Source of the DNA: Octopus sinensis | Taxonomy: Eukaryota | Direction of reading: 5' to 3' | NCBI RefSeq assembly: GCF_006345805.1 | Contig: NC_042999.1 | Span: forward strand, 158,100,001 to 158,164,000 | DNA: 64,000 bases | Notes under the pieces: model-generated | Told to the model about the DNA's origin: nothing | Database searches by the model: none | The model's input: only the letters and a program-made list of their open reading frames with translations | In this document: piece by piece, positions 36,000 to 49,749 of the stretch | How positions within the stretch are numbered: position 1 is the stretch's first letter | How the letters are laid out: each line of letters begins with the position of its first letter | Translations under genes and position numbers: made by a program

Positions 36000-36900
36000 C
36001 ACATTGGGCGAGGCAGAAAAATATCAAGGAGTGTTGTCTGTAGAGGATACGCTGCATGGAGATTTAGCCCATGGATTTAGAAACGCTCTGAAGAATACCA
36101 AACTCAGCAAGAAGTTCATTCAGAAATCATGGAGATTCATCAGATCACAATTAAGCCGTTACCCTTCGACAAGACCACATACACAGACAGGAACTGTGTT
36201 GTATGCACCTTTAACCTTAATATTAATTGTAAGACCAAGTATGTGATCTACATCATGGGATGGAAGCACTCCGTCGGTTACGACGACGAGGGTTCCGGTT
36301 GATCCGATCAACGGAACAGCCTGCTCGTGAAATTAACGTGTAAGTGGCTGAGCACTCCACAGACACGTGTACCCTTTACGTAGTTCTCGGGGATATTCAG
36401 CGTGACACAGAGAGTGACAAGGACGGCCCTTTGAAATACAGGTACAACAGAAACATGAAGTAAGAGTGAGAGAAAGTTGTAGTGAAAGAGTACAGCAGGG
36501 ATCACCACCATCCCTGCCGGAGTCTCGTGGAGCTTTTAGGTGTTTTCGCTCAATAAACACTCACAACGCCCGGTCTGGGAATCGAAACCGCGATCCTACG
36601 ACCGCGAATCCGCTGCCCTAACCACTGGGCCATTGCGCCTCCACCATCTACATCATAAAGTGGAGGGGGATTATAAGAACAGGAACACAACATACATTGG
36701 GGAGCCTTCTAAGAGTTTAGTGGGGAGGCCAAATGAACCATGACGGGAGTATAATGACAGGAAGCAGTCGTCTATATCTTATCTGCATCTCAGAGATCAA
36801 AATGGCGGCATGCTGGGCCGAATTACCATCCAAATTTGTCTAAACACCCAAGAGGCCTGTTGTTTTGACAAATAAGCCAGAACGTCCTCATAAATGAGAC
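36000..36900 (+). mobile_element. Decayed Penelope-like GIY-YIG region interrupted by SINE F
   Basis: FNLNINCKTKYVIYI | IK..G..YKNRNTTYIGEPSKSLVGRPNE reads across the SINE; boundaries approximate. Confidence 0.7.
36257..36645 (-). mobile_element. SINE family F, full length
   Basis: 11-bp TSD ATCTACATCAT (36246-36256, 36646-36656). Confidence 0.92.
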
Positions 36901-37102
36901 ATTGCTAATACTGAATAGGAAATATACATAATAGGTAGTAGAACTTCAAGACCACTATTGCCACCAACGCAATATGCATACATGGGTGCGTCAGAGATGG
37001 TAGGTAGGTAGGTGAGAATATATGAGGTGGTATAGAGAAGTATATAAAAAGTAGGGTTAAAATGACAGCAGAAGGTAAGTAAACCCATACAAATAAATAC
37101 AT

Positions 37103-37256
37103 GGGATATTTTCGGTTTGAACGGCAGTTTTTAACATAATTTCTAGGTAACTAAAAAATTTTAAATGCAGTAGATCGATTCTAGGGTCATAATTATGGGT
37201 GACAATTTCATATGACACCGCTAGAAAAAATCTACCGTTCAAACCGAAAAGATCCA
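37103..37256. mobile_element. MITE, ~154 bp
   Basis: TIRs GGGATATTTTCGGTTTGAACGG / CCGTTCAAACCGAAAAGATCC. Confidence 0.8.
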
Positions 37257-37500
37257 ATACATGTAGATACGTACAATTCCGATACACATTCATATGTGTA
37301 CGCCTAGATAGACATATGTAGACACGTACACAGAAATACACATACATAGAAGCACAAGGATACACAACCAGACATACATCCGTACACACACACCACGCAT
37401 AAATACTAGACAAACAGACATGCGCAGACACACGCGCACGCTCACAAACCTATGTAGGTAAAGGTACACGTTCACAGGAATACATGCACATATACATATA

Positions 37501-37732
37501 AGGCGGCGAGCTGGCAGAAACGGTAGCATGCTGGGCGACCTGCGTAGCCGTATTTCGTCTGTCGTTACGTTCTGAGTTCAAATTCCGCCGAGGTTGACTT
37601 TGCCTTTCATCCTTTCGGGGTCGATAAATAAAGTACCAGTTATGCACTGGGGTCGATATAATCGACTTAATCCCTTTGTCTGTCCTTGTTTGTCCCCTCT
37701 ATGTTTAGCCCCTTGTGGGTAGTAAAGAAATA
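37501..37732 (+). mobile_element. SINE family B, full length
   Basis: Matches the family consensus from head to AAAGAAAT tail. Confidence 0.9.
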
Positions 37733-38099
37733 TATACACATACAAGAATGCAAACAAGCAAGCATACACAAAAACTGGCTGATACGCACGCTCACATGCT
37801 TGAATACACTCAAATAAGAAAACACTCACGCATTCACACAGTGATACACACGCGTGCGCACACATGCAAACATGCAAACTCACAGAACCGACTCGGCTAC
37901 ACGAACAGACACACTAGACAACACACTAGTGCGCCTGCGCACACACACGCGCACGCAGATGCTCAGACACACACTCACCTACCCTATCCTCCTTTCATCC
38001 CCTCCTCATATAAAAAAAAAAAAACTACTCTCTGAACCCATACGAGATTGAGCAAAAACAAAAAAGACAAGAGGCCGAACCCTTAAAAGGGTCACGGAT

Positions 38100-38530
38100 A
38101 GCTTGTGCACGCACAACACATGCCACACACCACCACACACCAACAACACACACATCCATCATCCATCTATCTATCTGTCTGTCTTCTGTCTGTCCTGTCT
38201 TCCGCCCGCCCGCCCGCGCCGCCCGCCCGCCCGTCCGTCCGTCCGTCCGTCCGTCGTCCGTCGCCGTCCGTTCCACCCCGCCCGCCCTTCCGTCCGTCCT
38301 CCGTCCGTCCGCGTCCGGCCCGCCCGCCCGCCCCGCCGCCCGCCCGCCCGTACCGTCCGTCCGTCCGTCCGTCCGTCCGTCCGTCCGTCATCCATCCATC
38401 CATCCATCTATCCATCATCTATCCACTATCTAGCCATCTATCTATCCATCTATCTATCCATCTATCTTCCATCATCTATCTATCTTCTATCTATCTATCT
38501 AGCTATCTATCTAGCTATCTATCTATCTAT
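38100..38530. repeat. Graded compound tetranucleotide array (CCAT/CTAT-CTGT-CCGC/CCGT-CCAT-CTAT)
   Basis: Direct reading. Confidence 0.9.
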
Positions 38531-38773
38531 CTGATCATACCTACAACTATATACTATGTTTGCATACATAGTATATACTACCACATGCATGCACATGCAT
38601 TCAGTCTTTATATATACAAATCCATACAACTATAATAATGCATGTGCATATAATATATACACATGCATATATGCGCTAATATATTGAATAAACGTTTTCT
38701 GAATTTGTGATATACAAAACAGATTATACAAATGTAGGTATTGATAAATACATATTTATACATGATTTATACG

Positions 38774-38817
<44 letters not shown>

Positions 38818-39115
38818 CTCTATATATATAAATCAAGACAGGCACATTGTGAAATATGTGAGCAAGCTCACGGCATAGATGTATGAGAAATTGAGCGAGG
38901 ACAAAAGGAAAAACAAGTTTGTAACAGTCTCAGCTTATGAATTATAGGTACATATACATCGAGGGTGGTGGGGGGAGAGAAGCTAATAACGAAGGTAGCA
39001 TTCAGTGTATATGATTAAAGTATGATAGAAAGACTGTGTTGAGTTGTTAGGTGTAAGAGTGAGGGTTCGCGTTTGGTGTTTACTAATGTCTTGGCTATTA
39101 TTAATAAACTTTGTA

Positions 39116-39262
39116 AGGCGGTGAGCTGTCAGAATCGTTAGTGCGCCGGCCGAATCGCATAGCTGCGTTTCTTCCGATTCTGCATTCTGAGTTCAAATTT
39201 CGCCGAGGTTGACTTTGTCTTTCATTCTTTAGGATTCGATAAAACAAGTAGCAGCTGTGAAC
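39116..39262 (+). mobile_element. Degenerate SINE B 5' part
   Basis: AAGGCGGTGAGCTGTCAGAATCG...GAGTTCAAATTTCGCCGAGGTTGACTTTG. Confidence 0.75.
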
Positions 39263-40609
39263 TTGGGGCGAACGAATAGATATTCTCTATCCCATAAAAC
39301 TGCTGGCCTTGCGCCAGAGCTTGAAACTATTATTAATAACGTTCAGAGGATACATCAGTATTCATGTTTCGTGTCACACTGATTTCCGGTTTTAGGAATG
39401 TTCATATAGAAGGACATGGAGCGGTGAGCATCGTAATCCTGTTAGCTTGAGCTATGTCATTCTTCTTACTCACGATCAACACACTATCCTGAAGATTGTG
39501 GTTTACTGTAATTACTCTTAATTAAGGAATTGTCCTTTCATCGTTATGGGCGATTACGTTAAAGAAATTGTCATGAGTAAATTAAATAATCAAAACAATA
39601 AATGAAGAAGAGTCATTGAGTTGGATACTATTCGGAAATATTGGACGAAATATTGTCAAACGTATCACCATTAGTTTGTGCTACACGACTTCAAGCCAAC
39701 ATACTTTGGAACAAATGTAGTGCTTTTCAAATGCAAATGGTGTGTCATCTTCTCTCAGTGTTATCTATCATTGCCTGTACATAAGTGTTCTATAATGGAA
39801 ATATTTAAAGAACGAAAATATTCGATGAAGGGAAGTATTCACGTTTGTGATGATGTCATTCATAGATATAATTGATGACAGTAAATTGACGGCGTCCATT
39901 TTTGTCAATCATTGTAATAGCATTTAAGTTTCGTTTAAAAAAAATATATTCTAATAATGTTTTCAAATATATTATTAACTTACAAGGTGTCTTGAAGCAA
40001 AAACAAGAACTACATATTTCGTCAAACCAGATAATTTTTGAAAAGCAATTGAATACTGCACATATACGATTTGTTTCCCTCCAAATGGCGTTTTTCAAAC
40101 AGTTAATTGCATTTAAGAATTGTATATTGGCACGCACACGCACACACACTCACAATCCCACAGACACACATTGTGATTGGAGGAGAAAAGAAGAGATAAA
40201 TCAATAAAAGTTGGAAGACAGATAAAGCTATTCTTTTAAAGAGAATAGTTTTACATTATTTTTTATGAGAAATCATTTAGCAAAGTGATTATTGTCATTT
40301 TGAAAAAGGAACGATATTTGTTTTGGTAGAGGCGGTAGGTTTACCTACATCAAGATTTAGGGTTTCAGTATTTTAAAATATTTCGTCAATATTAAGAGAT
40401 ACACAGTCTAGAAAACAAACAACTGCTCTATGAAATACTGTCCTTCTTTAAATACTTTCATTATTAAATACTTATGTAATGATATATATACTGATAGTGT
40501 TAGATTTTTTGTGATAATGTGAGATCATTAGCTGTAACAATGTACCACATAAACACAACGACTGGACAATTAGGTCTTATAAATGTATAAATAATTAAAT
40601 GTATATATT

Positions 40610-40652
<43 letters not shown>

Positions 40653-40742
40653 GTATAAGGATGAAAAGGGACACACGAGTTAATATATATGAAAAAACAA
40701 GTCAAGGTAGAAAATGCTAAAATAATTTTATAAAGAACATTT

Positions 40743-40779
40743 CAGTACCGGTTTCGGTCATTTGAGACCTTTTCAACTG
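40743..40779 (-). ncRNA. Minimal hammerhead ribozyme with U3:A8 core
   Basis: CAG-TTGAAAA-GGTC TCAAAT GACC-GAA-ACCGGT-A-CTG. Confidence 0.7.
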
Positions 40780-40968
40780 TAACAATTAAAAAAATTAGAT
40801 TTAGAAAAAATTAAAAGAAAAGTTTTTTTAAAAGAATATTTGTATAGTGTTCAAATATAAGTGGCATTTTCCTTGTTTCTGCCTGTCTCTGTGTATATAT
40901 ATATATATATATTCATTTACTTATTTATATATTTATAAGACCTAATTTTATATATTATATATATATAT

Positions 40969-41023
<55 letters not shown>

Positions 41024-41186
41024 CGAGAGAGGCGCGTTAAATTAGAGGTTATAACAACTGTCTAAGGGATACTTGTATCCAGGGAATTAGCTGGTGTCTT
41101 ACCTATATGATATGGGATTATGAGTACTAATATTAATTTTCATAAATGTAAGGCAAGGAAGAGAATAAACCAAAGTTCATGTATAC

Positions 41187-41853
41187 TTAGGGAAAATATG
41201 AAAATGGAGATAAAATTGATAATTGATAAACATCAAATATCATTTATTGATTATAGAAAAAGACAATATCTCATCTGACAGCTGTTTCTGTTGGCGCTAT
41301 TTGTGGTATTATCAGACTTAATTATTCCAATAATTATAATTATAATAATTATAATAATTATCATTGTATATATTTAGTTATACCAACTTAAATAGTGGAA
41401 CTTCATCAGAGAGGCTAAGTAAAGAGGAAGAAAAGAAAAAGAAGAGAAAAAGAGAAGGTAAGGATATACCAACTAATGTTACATGCTATTCCTCAGGAAC
41501 CTTACGACCGATTTAAAAATTTAGTAATAGAATTCTATTACTAAATTCTATTAGTAAATTCTATTACTAAATAAAAAAAATTACTAAATTTTTAAGTCTG
41601 TCATAAGGCATCCAGAGGGATAGCATATAACATCAATTGGTATATCCTTACTTTCTCTTTTTCTTTTAAGTTGGTATAATTAATTATTTATAATGATAAT
41701 AATAATTATTATTGTAATAATTAAGCTTGATATTGCCATAAATAGCGCCAACAGAAACAGCTGTCAGATGAGATATTGCCTTTTTTATAATCAATAAATG
41801 ATAATTCATGTTTATCAATTATCAGCTTATCTCCATTTTCTTATTTTCCTTAA
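41187..41853. mobile_element. Large imperfect fold-back with hammerhead-like parts
   Basis: Arms ~41187-41529 and ~41580-41853; GAAACAGCTGTCAGA in both arms; CTGATGA core only in the left arm (41403-41409, minus); centre holds short AAATTCTATTA repeats. Confidence 0.8.
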
Positions 41854-41871
41854 ACACACACACACACACAC

Positions 41872-41903
<32 letters not shown>

Positions 41904-42675
41904 GCGCGCGCATATGGAGAGGAAAGCGTTCTAATATTTTTATTCTTTGAGAAGAAGAGATCGATATAGTCTGAAGGGGGGAAAATGCGCTTGTAATAAA
42001 AAAGAAAAAGAAAAAATGATTAATATGTAGCTAAAAGGTAGTATTAGTATGTCTAAATAAACTAATATATGTTAAGTCTAAAATATGTAAATATTTTTCA
42101 ATATTTTGTGATTCTGTTGGTAGATTCTTTTCGAATTTCATTTTGAAATATGTTTTCATTTTAGGTTAGACTATCTGAATAGCCTGTCGTTGCCGGGCAA
42201 TGTTTACAATAAAATGTCTTACATAAATTTTTGTTTATTCCCTGTCAAATCATACCATCTCTGACGGATAAGCCTGTTGATCAGGACGGATTTGTGCAAT
42301 CTTTCGCAAAAGTTTTTGTTTAGGATTTTTTTACTTTTCAAATTATTTAAATGTCTGTTCGACTGTTTCACATGACTTTGTTCACTAAAACTTATTAAAA
42401 CTTTAGAAGTGCTTACAACGTTAATCGTGGTAATGCTTTGCTTTCTTTTGTTTAATAAAACTTCCCCTGTAATGATTTTGCTTTCCTTTTGTGATAGATA
42501 GCTTTCATGCAGAATATACCAGTTCCCAAATCCTGTTTTCTAATTAGGTAAAATTGATTAAACTTTAAATCCCAATAACATTTTTCTGCAGTTTTTCTGG
42601 AACAAGTAAATAACAAAATCGGATTTAACGTGGAAAGTTATTTCAATATACCAAATTTGAACACACACACACACA

Positions 42676-42707
<32 letters not shown>

Positions 42708-42862
42708 GGTAATCACGAGTTTAAAATACTGTATATACACAGATGTATGTATGTATTTCTTTTCTATATTTTAATTATTATAAATCTTCCACTGAAGAGG
42801 GAACCGATTTCCAACAAAAATACAAGGCCTCATCGTTGTGTTGTAGTTAACACAGACAAATT

Positions 42863-43250
42863 CACATTTGGGACTTGAGAAAAGTTTTGCATATTTCTAC
42901 TGTTCCACTCACAGATTGCACTTGTAATGTACGAATTAGCCGGTCGATTTCTCTTTCTGAAAATCGCAGTTTATCCAGATTCTCCTTTAAGCATTTACTA
43001 ACAAAACCTAGTGCTCCAAATTTAATTGGTGTGAATATGAATTCATACTCTGATAATAAAAGTTGGAGGTTTCGAAGCAGTTGTCTATAGATATTCTCCC
43101 TTACTTTGATTTTCAAAGAGATATTTATATATGCAAGGCAGCTGACCTCTCTGATGTAATCTACCTTTGCCCCCTGTCCCAAACAATATCCGGTCTGTTA
43201 TGTTTACATTTGACAGACATTTTGATAGGAATATTCCACCAGTGTTCTTT
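42863..43250 (-). mobile_element. RLE-type non-LTR retrotransposon 3' fragment (R4/Dong-like)
   Basis: WWNIPIKMSVKCKHNRPDIVWD, EVSCLAYINISLKIKVRENIY, FTPIKFGALGFV (restriction-like endonuclease). Confidence 0.75.
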
Positions 43251-43639
43251 GATTTGAGGTATGTATGTGTGTGTCTGTATGTGAGTGTTTCGTTGTAGTG
43301 GACAGCAGAAAATCCACCTAACCCCTCTCTCCTTAAAGCTACGTATTCCTCACACCCACCTTTCTTTTCCTTCCTCGGCGTTTTAAAAGTTAGTTATGTG
43401 TGTGTATGTGCAGTGTGTGTGTGTATGCATGTATCTATGTATTTACGAAAGTATGTATGCAGCGTCGCGTGTATATCCATGAATGACAGCTATATTAACG
43501 TTTTCATCCCACTGCCACTCTGTATTTGTCGTTTACACAACGCTGTTCTCCCCTTCCTTGATATTACCCACTCTCACTATGCTACCACATTTCCTTTATA
43601 CTAACACTCTTTGCACCCTTCTCATGTTATCAAATGATA

Positions 43640-43815
43640 GCCGAATCCGCCAAGGGGGTTCATTATGGATTTTTACTGAAATCCAGTAATCTTATAAATG
43701 AACTGGATGTTAATTTAACATGTATGCAAAGTTTCGTCAAGATTGGTTTAGTGGTCTAGGCAGCAAGATAATAACAGACAGATCGACAGACAGAAAGTGC
43801 CATTTATGTAGAACA
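43640..43815 (-). mobile_element. Helitron/DINE-1-like 5' fragment
   Basis: ATGCAAAGTTTCGTCAAGATTGG...ACAGACAG pattern typical of such elements. Confidence 0.4.
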
Positions 43816-44246
43816 TGAATTTCAAAACCTTCTGTTCTATCTCAATTTCAAGGTTATTTGTAGTCCATGTAAGATTTTTTGCTTAAGAGACCGCCCCATT
43901 TTATATTACATGGTTTTTCTTTAGGTTTCAAATGAACCCTGAACCGAAGAGATTTTAATTCTTTGATTCAAAATGTATGAAGCTGTAGGTTGAATCAGAG
44001 TTTAAATGGATCTTAACTAAGTCTGGTGTATGCTTTAATTAGTATATTACTTGCATAGTGCACCGGTAAACTATATCATTAAGTACGTAGTTAAAATTGA
44101 AAACAAACAGGATTTATTCACACAATTTCAGTTATTGTTACTTGGATTTCACTTTGAGTCAGAAAGGATGAAGCAAGCGAGGGATACGATTAGGTGTGGT
44201 GGAATAATCCATTTTGAAACTTTTATTAAAGATTTTATTACACTTT

Positions 44247-45495
44247 CGAGGGTTGGCTGAAAAGTTCATAGGCTGGTCGATGTACTTTCATGGAATGTGA
44301 CCAAATGAGGTTTATTTTTTAATGTAGTCCTATTGCAGTTCATACACTACTTCCATCGGTGTTGCAGTTCTTGGATCCCATTGATGAAGAAGTTTTCATC
44401 CTGTTAGTCAAAAAAGTCATCGACAGCAGGTATGACGACGCCATCATCGGTGTTTTTGTGTTAGGGAGATGATACATGAGACCAAATCGGAAGAATGAGG
44501 AGGGTAACCAGTCAGTTCAACCAAGAACTTGTATGCTGGAGTATTGTACTTATGAAACAAGGGCCCTTCCGTCAGTTTTCCTGGTCGTTTGTTCTTGATA
44601 GCCTTTCGTGGGTGCCACAGTAAACTGGCATAGTACTCTCCATTGACTGACAGTGTAGCCCTTTTGAAGACAGTCAATAAGCACATGGCATTTTGGATTT
44701 CAAAAAATTGAAGGCATCACCTCCACTGCAGATGGAGCGACCTTGATCTTCGTTGTAGCAGTTGAGTAGGGCTGTTTCCACTGCATGGACTGGCTTTGCA
44801 TTTGGCTCAAAGTGATAAGACCAACACTCATATTGGGTGGATTAGGAAACGTTTAAAAGAAACCAGCTGGATCTACCTCAAACAATGTCAAATCTAGCTG
44901 TGATGTGATCAGCTTGGTGTGCTTTTGATTAGGTGTCAGAAGACGTGGCACCCACCGAGCAGAATCCTTTGTCATGCCAAGTTCATTATGCAGAAAATTC
45001 TCAACTATCTCATGGTATATGCTAACAGTATCGGCTATTTGATTTACAGTCAATCGCCTGTCATCCATCAGCATGTCGCGAATACGATCCATGTTTTCCT
45101 CCATGGTGGCAGTTGCAGGACGTCCAAACGTTGGGTCATCTTCAAGGCTTTCCGTTCCCCTCCTAAATTCAGCTGCCCACTTTTGAACTGTTTATAAAGC
45201 TGGAGCGTCATCCTTTAATGAAACACCCATGTCAGCACGAATGTCGGGGAGTGGGGAGCTTAAACCTTTTTTCTGGAGGTATTTGATAACACCAGATGCC
45301 AAATTTAGTCCATTTTCAAGAGAAGTGGCAGCTAGTTACTTTTGAATTGTTGTTTGGACAGCGAGATGTCAGTTTATCAGGAAAGAAACAACGCAGTTAT
45401 CTTTAAAGAGTATTGAAATTAATATATGCAAGATTTTACAGCTGTATTGCAACACTCCTTCATAGTCACCATATAAACTTTTCAGTCTACTTTCG
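44247..45495 (-). mobile_element. Mariner transposon remnant, decayed transposase
   Basis: TIRs CGAGGGTTGGCTGAAAAGTT / AACTTTTCAGTCTACTTTCG|TA; motifs SARWVPRLLT (WVPHEL-like), VNGEYYASLL, YPPHSSDL (YSPDL-like). Confidence 0.88.
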
Positions 45496-45639
45496 TATGT
45501 TGTGGACAGCAACAAAAAGTATAAGTATATAATAAGTTTATGAGGTCACGCATATCTGCACTTTTATCGCCCCCACCTCAGTACTTTTATGAGTTTAAAC
45601 ATCTTAGAATCAATTAAAAACTGTTTATTATCAATCGTC

Positions 45640-45935
45640 CTCAACTTTGCCGCTGCTACGACCAGCATCCTCATAACTGGAACGATGCCAGTCAGCACCA
45701 TGTTTGTTGCTGCCGCGACCGATGTCACTACTACTACGACGATGATTATCACAGCTGTCTTCTATCACATTATCACCAATAACTACCAGGATATGTACCA
45801 CCAACACCATCATCGACTACTACCACGGCATATACGACCATCACCAACAACACCTATGTAGACAGTCATCCTCACTACCTCTGCTGCCAGCCGACAGCTA
45901 GACATCCACCACCACCACCACCACCACCATTATGA
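45640..45935. repeat. Degenerate (CAC/CAT/TAC)n trinucleotide low-complexity tract
   Basis: Direct reading. Confidence 0.7.
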
Positions 45936-46155
45936 CCTAAACCGTTTTTGACGAGCAAAAGCGGTGTCACCGCCCGTTTGCCAATCTAAACGGAAGGATC
46001 CACATAAACTTACATTTCTTAAACTTATTCTCCGGATGACGGCCTTTCTGACTGAACTATTCAACTTCCCTCTATGCATTGGGATCTTGATAAATTTCTT
46101 CCACCCACTTTAAAATTTTTCAAGTTTTCGCTAGTTTATGAGAAAAAAAAATATA

Positions 46156-46580
46156 GGCGCAGGAGTGGCTGTGTGGTAAGTAGCTTGCTAACCAGCAATA
46201 TGGTTCTGGGTTCAGTCCCACTGCGTGGCATCTTGGGCAAGTATCTTCTGCTATAGCCCCGGGCCGACCAAAGCCTTGTGAGTGGATTTGGTAGACGGAA
46301 ACTGAAAGAAGCCTGTCGTATATATGTATATATATATATATGTATGTGTGTGTGTATATGTTTGTGTGTCTGTGTTTGTTCCCCTAGCATTGCTTGACAA
46401 TCGATGCTGGTGTGTTTACGTCCCCGTCACTTAGCGGTTCGGCAAAAGAGACCGATAGAATAAGTACTGGGCTTACAAAGAATAAATCACGGGGTCGATT
46501 TGCTCGACTAAAGGCGGTGCTCCAGCATGGCCGCAGTCAAATGACTGAAACAAGTAAAAGAGTAAAAAGAGAGTAAGAGA
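46156..46580 (+). mobile_element. Composite SINE A-C
   Basis: All modules present. Confidence 0.92.
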
Positions 46581-46811
46581 GTCCCTTTGTAATTTTGCAT
46601 GCTGATGGAATCAACTATTAAAAGGTTACAAGCATTTAAAATCATAATGTTAGCCAATCGAAGAGGTCCTTTGCCAATAGAATGTAGTTCGGAAATGTCT
46701 GTTGCCATGGCACTTAGGCAAGTGTCTTCTTCAAATGGCCTCGGTCTGAAGAATTGCTGTTGGCATGACCCATGTTTTGAGAGTGTGGTACGTGAAAACT
46801 GTGGAAACCGT

Positions 46812-47005
46812 CTTACGTAACTTAGCGGTTCGGCAAAAAAGAGACCGATGAAATAAGTACTAGGCTTACAAGAATAAGTCCTGGGGTCGATTTGATCGAC
46901 TAGAGTTCAAATTCCGCCGAGGTCGACTTTGCCTTTCATCCTTTCGGGGTCGATTAAATAAGTACCAGTTACGCACTGGTGTCGATATAATCGACTTAAT
47001 CCGTT
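46812..47005 (+). mobile_element. Chimera of module C and SINE B body
   Basis: C sequence up to GATCGACT, then AGAGTTCAAATTCCGCCGAGG of family B. Confidence 0.75.
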
Positions 47006-47253
47006 TGAGTGTGTGTGTGTGTGTGTGTATTTGTCTACTACTTAAATAACCGGTGTTCATTTGTTTTCGTCTTTGTAACTTAGTGACTCGACACGAGAAG
47101 TCTAGAGAATAACTAACACACATAAAAAAAGTAAACAAGTAATAGGGGCGATTTATTCGACTAAATCCTTCATTTCAAAGTGGAATCCCAGCATGGTCGT
47201 TGTCCAATGGCTGAAACACGAAAAAGATTATATATATATATAACGTGTTTGTA

Positions 47254-47313
<60 letters not shown>

Positions 47314-47612
47314 TGTTAATGCTTGACAATCTCCGTTTTGAGTGAATGAGACCGCACATTTCTTGCATTTATTTCTCAAAATATCTATTCATATCTTTAA
47401 ACTCAAATTCATGAGTTATATCTTGTGGTGTTAGCATATGCCAAGCAAGTGATGCACAGCGCATACACTTAAACAAAATCAGATGGGAAAATCACACAAT
47501 TCCGCCAATTCTTTCTTTTGTTGCCTTAATTCCGATTAGCATGCACAGAACAAACATTACATACAATCAAAAGGTATTTTAGTTATATTTTTTAAGGATT
47601 AATTACATAATA

Positions 47613-48057
<445 letters not shown>

Positions 48058-48144
48058 AATAGTAATGGTAGCAATTTCATCGCTTGGAAATTTATGCGCG
48101 CGCATACTCGTATGTTTGTGTGCATGTATAACTATAGCAATTTC

Positions 48145-48950
48145 ACTCTAAATTCCTCCTGTGCTCTCGAGTATATTGAGCAACAAGTTATCGTCCCTTG
48201 TTTCTGTTGGCTGCAGTTTTCTCTGCATCCACCCATGTGATATCGGTCTCTCTCATGTCGGTTGTGAATGCTCTGCGCCGTGTAGTTTTCGGACTTTCCC
48301 TCTACTTTTCCTCCGGTAGCCTTCCCTGTTTTAGCATGGCGTTGTTTTAGCTACCGGTGTATGTGACTTGCGAGTTTTAATTTTGTTCTTTGATTGTTTC
48401 GCCTAGTGGTCTTGCGTTGTCTTTCTTTAGAATAACTTCCTTGATTACGCAGTCTTGCCAGTACGTCATCAGAATTCTCAAGCATTTCTGGTGGAACACA
48501 TCTCGTTTTTTTTTGTCGATTTTGTGCTCGCTAGCACAAATTGGTAGAACTATGTTATTTATAAAGTTGGATCTTTGATATTGGTCGATGGTAATGAAAG
48601 GCCAGATACCACACCTTCTCTGGAATGTGCCCTGCCAACTAGATGGTTGACACCAGTCTCACTATTGGAATTGTTCCTGATGATGCTACCTAGATAGGTA
48701 AATATGATTACTGTCTTGTTTTGCTGATTGATCTTTGTAATCGTACTATTCCATAGATATCGTTTGTAATGTCATTGTTTTAGTTTTCTTCACACTGATT
48801 GTTGCATCGATCTTCTCTGCATTCTGTTCTAGTTTAGTTGTGGGTCATTCTACGTTTTCCTCATCTTCAGCGAGCCAGACAATGTTCTCTGCGAACACCA
48901 GTTATTTCAGTCGCAGCCGTTGTTTCCATGGTATTCTCCCATCAGGTATG
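48145..48950 (-). mobile_element. RTE-clade LINE 3' fragment (RT C-terminus)
   Basis: LVFAENIVWLAE (FADD-like), DVFHQKCLRILMTYWQD..KEVIL...RPLGETIKE. Confidence 0.7.
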
Positions 48951-49249
48951 CTCAGTGTTTGTCAAGTTATTGACAAAGTATTGAAGGATGTTACAGTAAA
49001 AGGATAAACAAGGGCGATTTTGCTGAGATCGGAAGAACAATATTACCGATGAATGGAACACTTTCGAGAAATATCAAATCAATCAACACCGACAGAATTG
49101 TACAACTTTGACCAACAAAACGATAAGAAAGCCTTGGAGGGAGATGAAGATCAAATGACGAGAGAAAAGTCAACAAAAACTAATCAAAAAGTTAAAAAAC
49201 AACACAGCTGCAGGATTGGCTGAAGTCATAGTGTGCATGTATGTATACA

Positions 49250-49250
49250 C

Positions 49251-49304
<54 letters not shown>

Positions 49305-49320
49305 ACACACACACACACAT

Positions 49321-49352
<32 letters not shown>

Positions 49353-49403
49353 GTATAAACAAAAATACATGTGCGTTATATGTTATATATATGTGTATAT
49401 ATA

Positions 49404-49490
<87 letters not shown>
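49250..49490. repeat. (CA)n-(TA)n microsatellite
   Basis: Direct reading. Confidence 0.9.
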
Positions 49491-49749
49491 AATCAGTGTG
49501 TTGCATGAACAACTGCACATAGTGAAAATCTTTGAACAGCTACGCAGCAACGGATTATAGCTGCATCTTTCAAAGAATAAACATCACTTATACATGCATA
49601 CATACATACATACATACGTGTGTGTACATTCACACACACACACACACGTGTGGTAAATGCACAAACGAAAAGTGATGGACACAGAATGGCAATTAAAAAA
49701 CGTATAATAAATGCAGAGACGAATGGAAAAACCAAAAGCTATTAGACAG

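Noticed and set aside
45564-45861. Thr/His/Val-rich ORFs
   Set aside because: Degenerate trinucleotide repeats, open on both strands.
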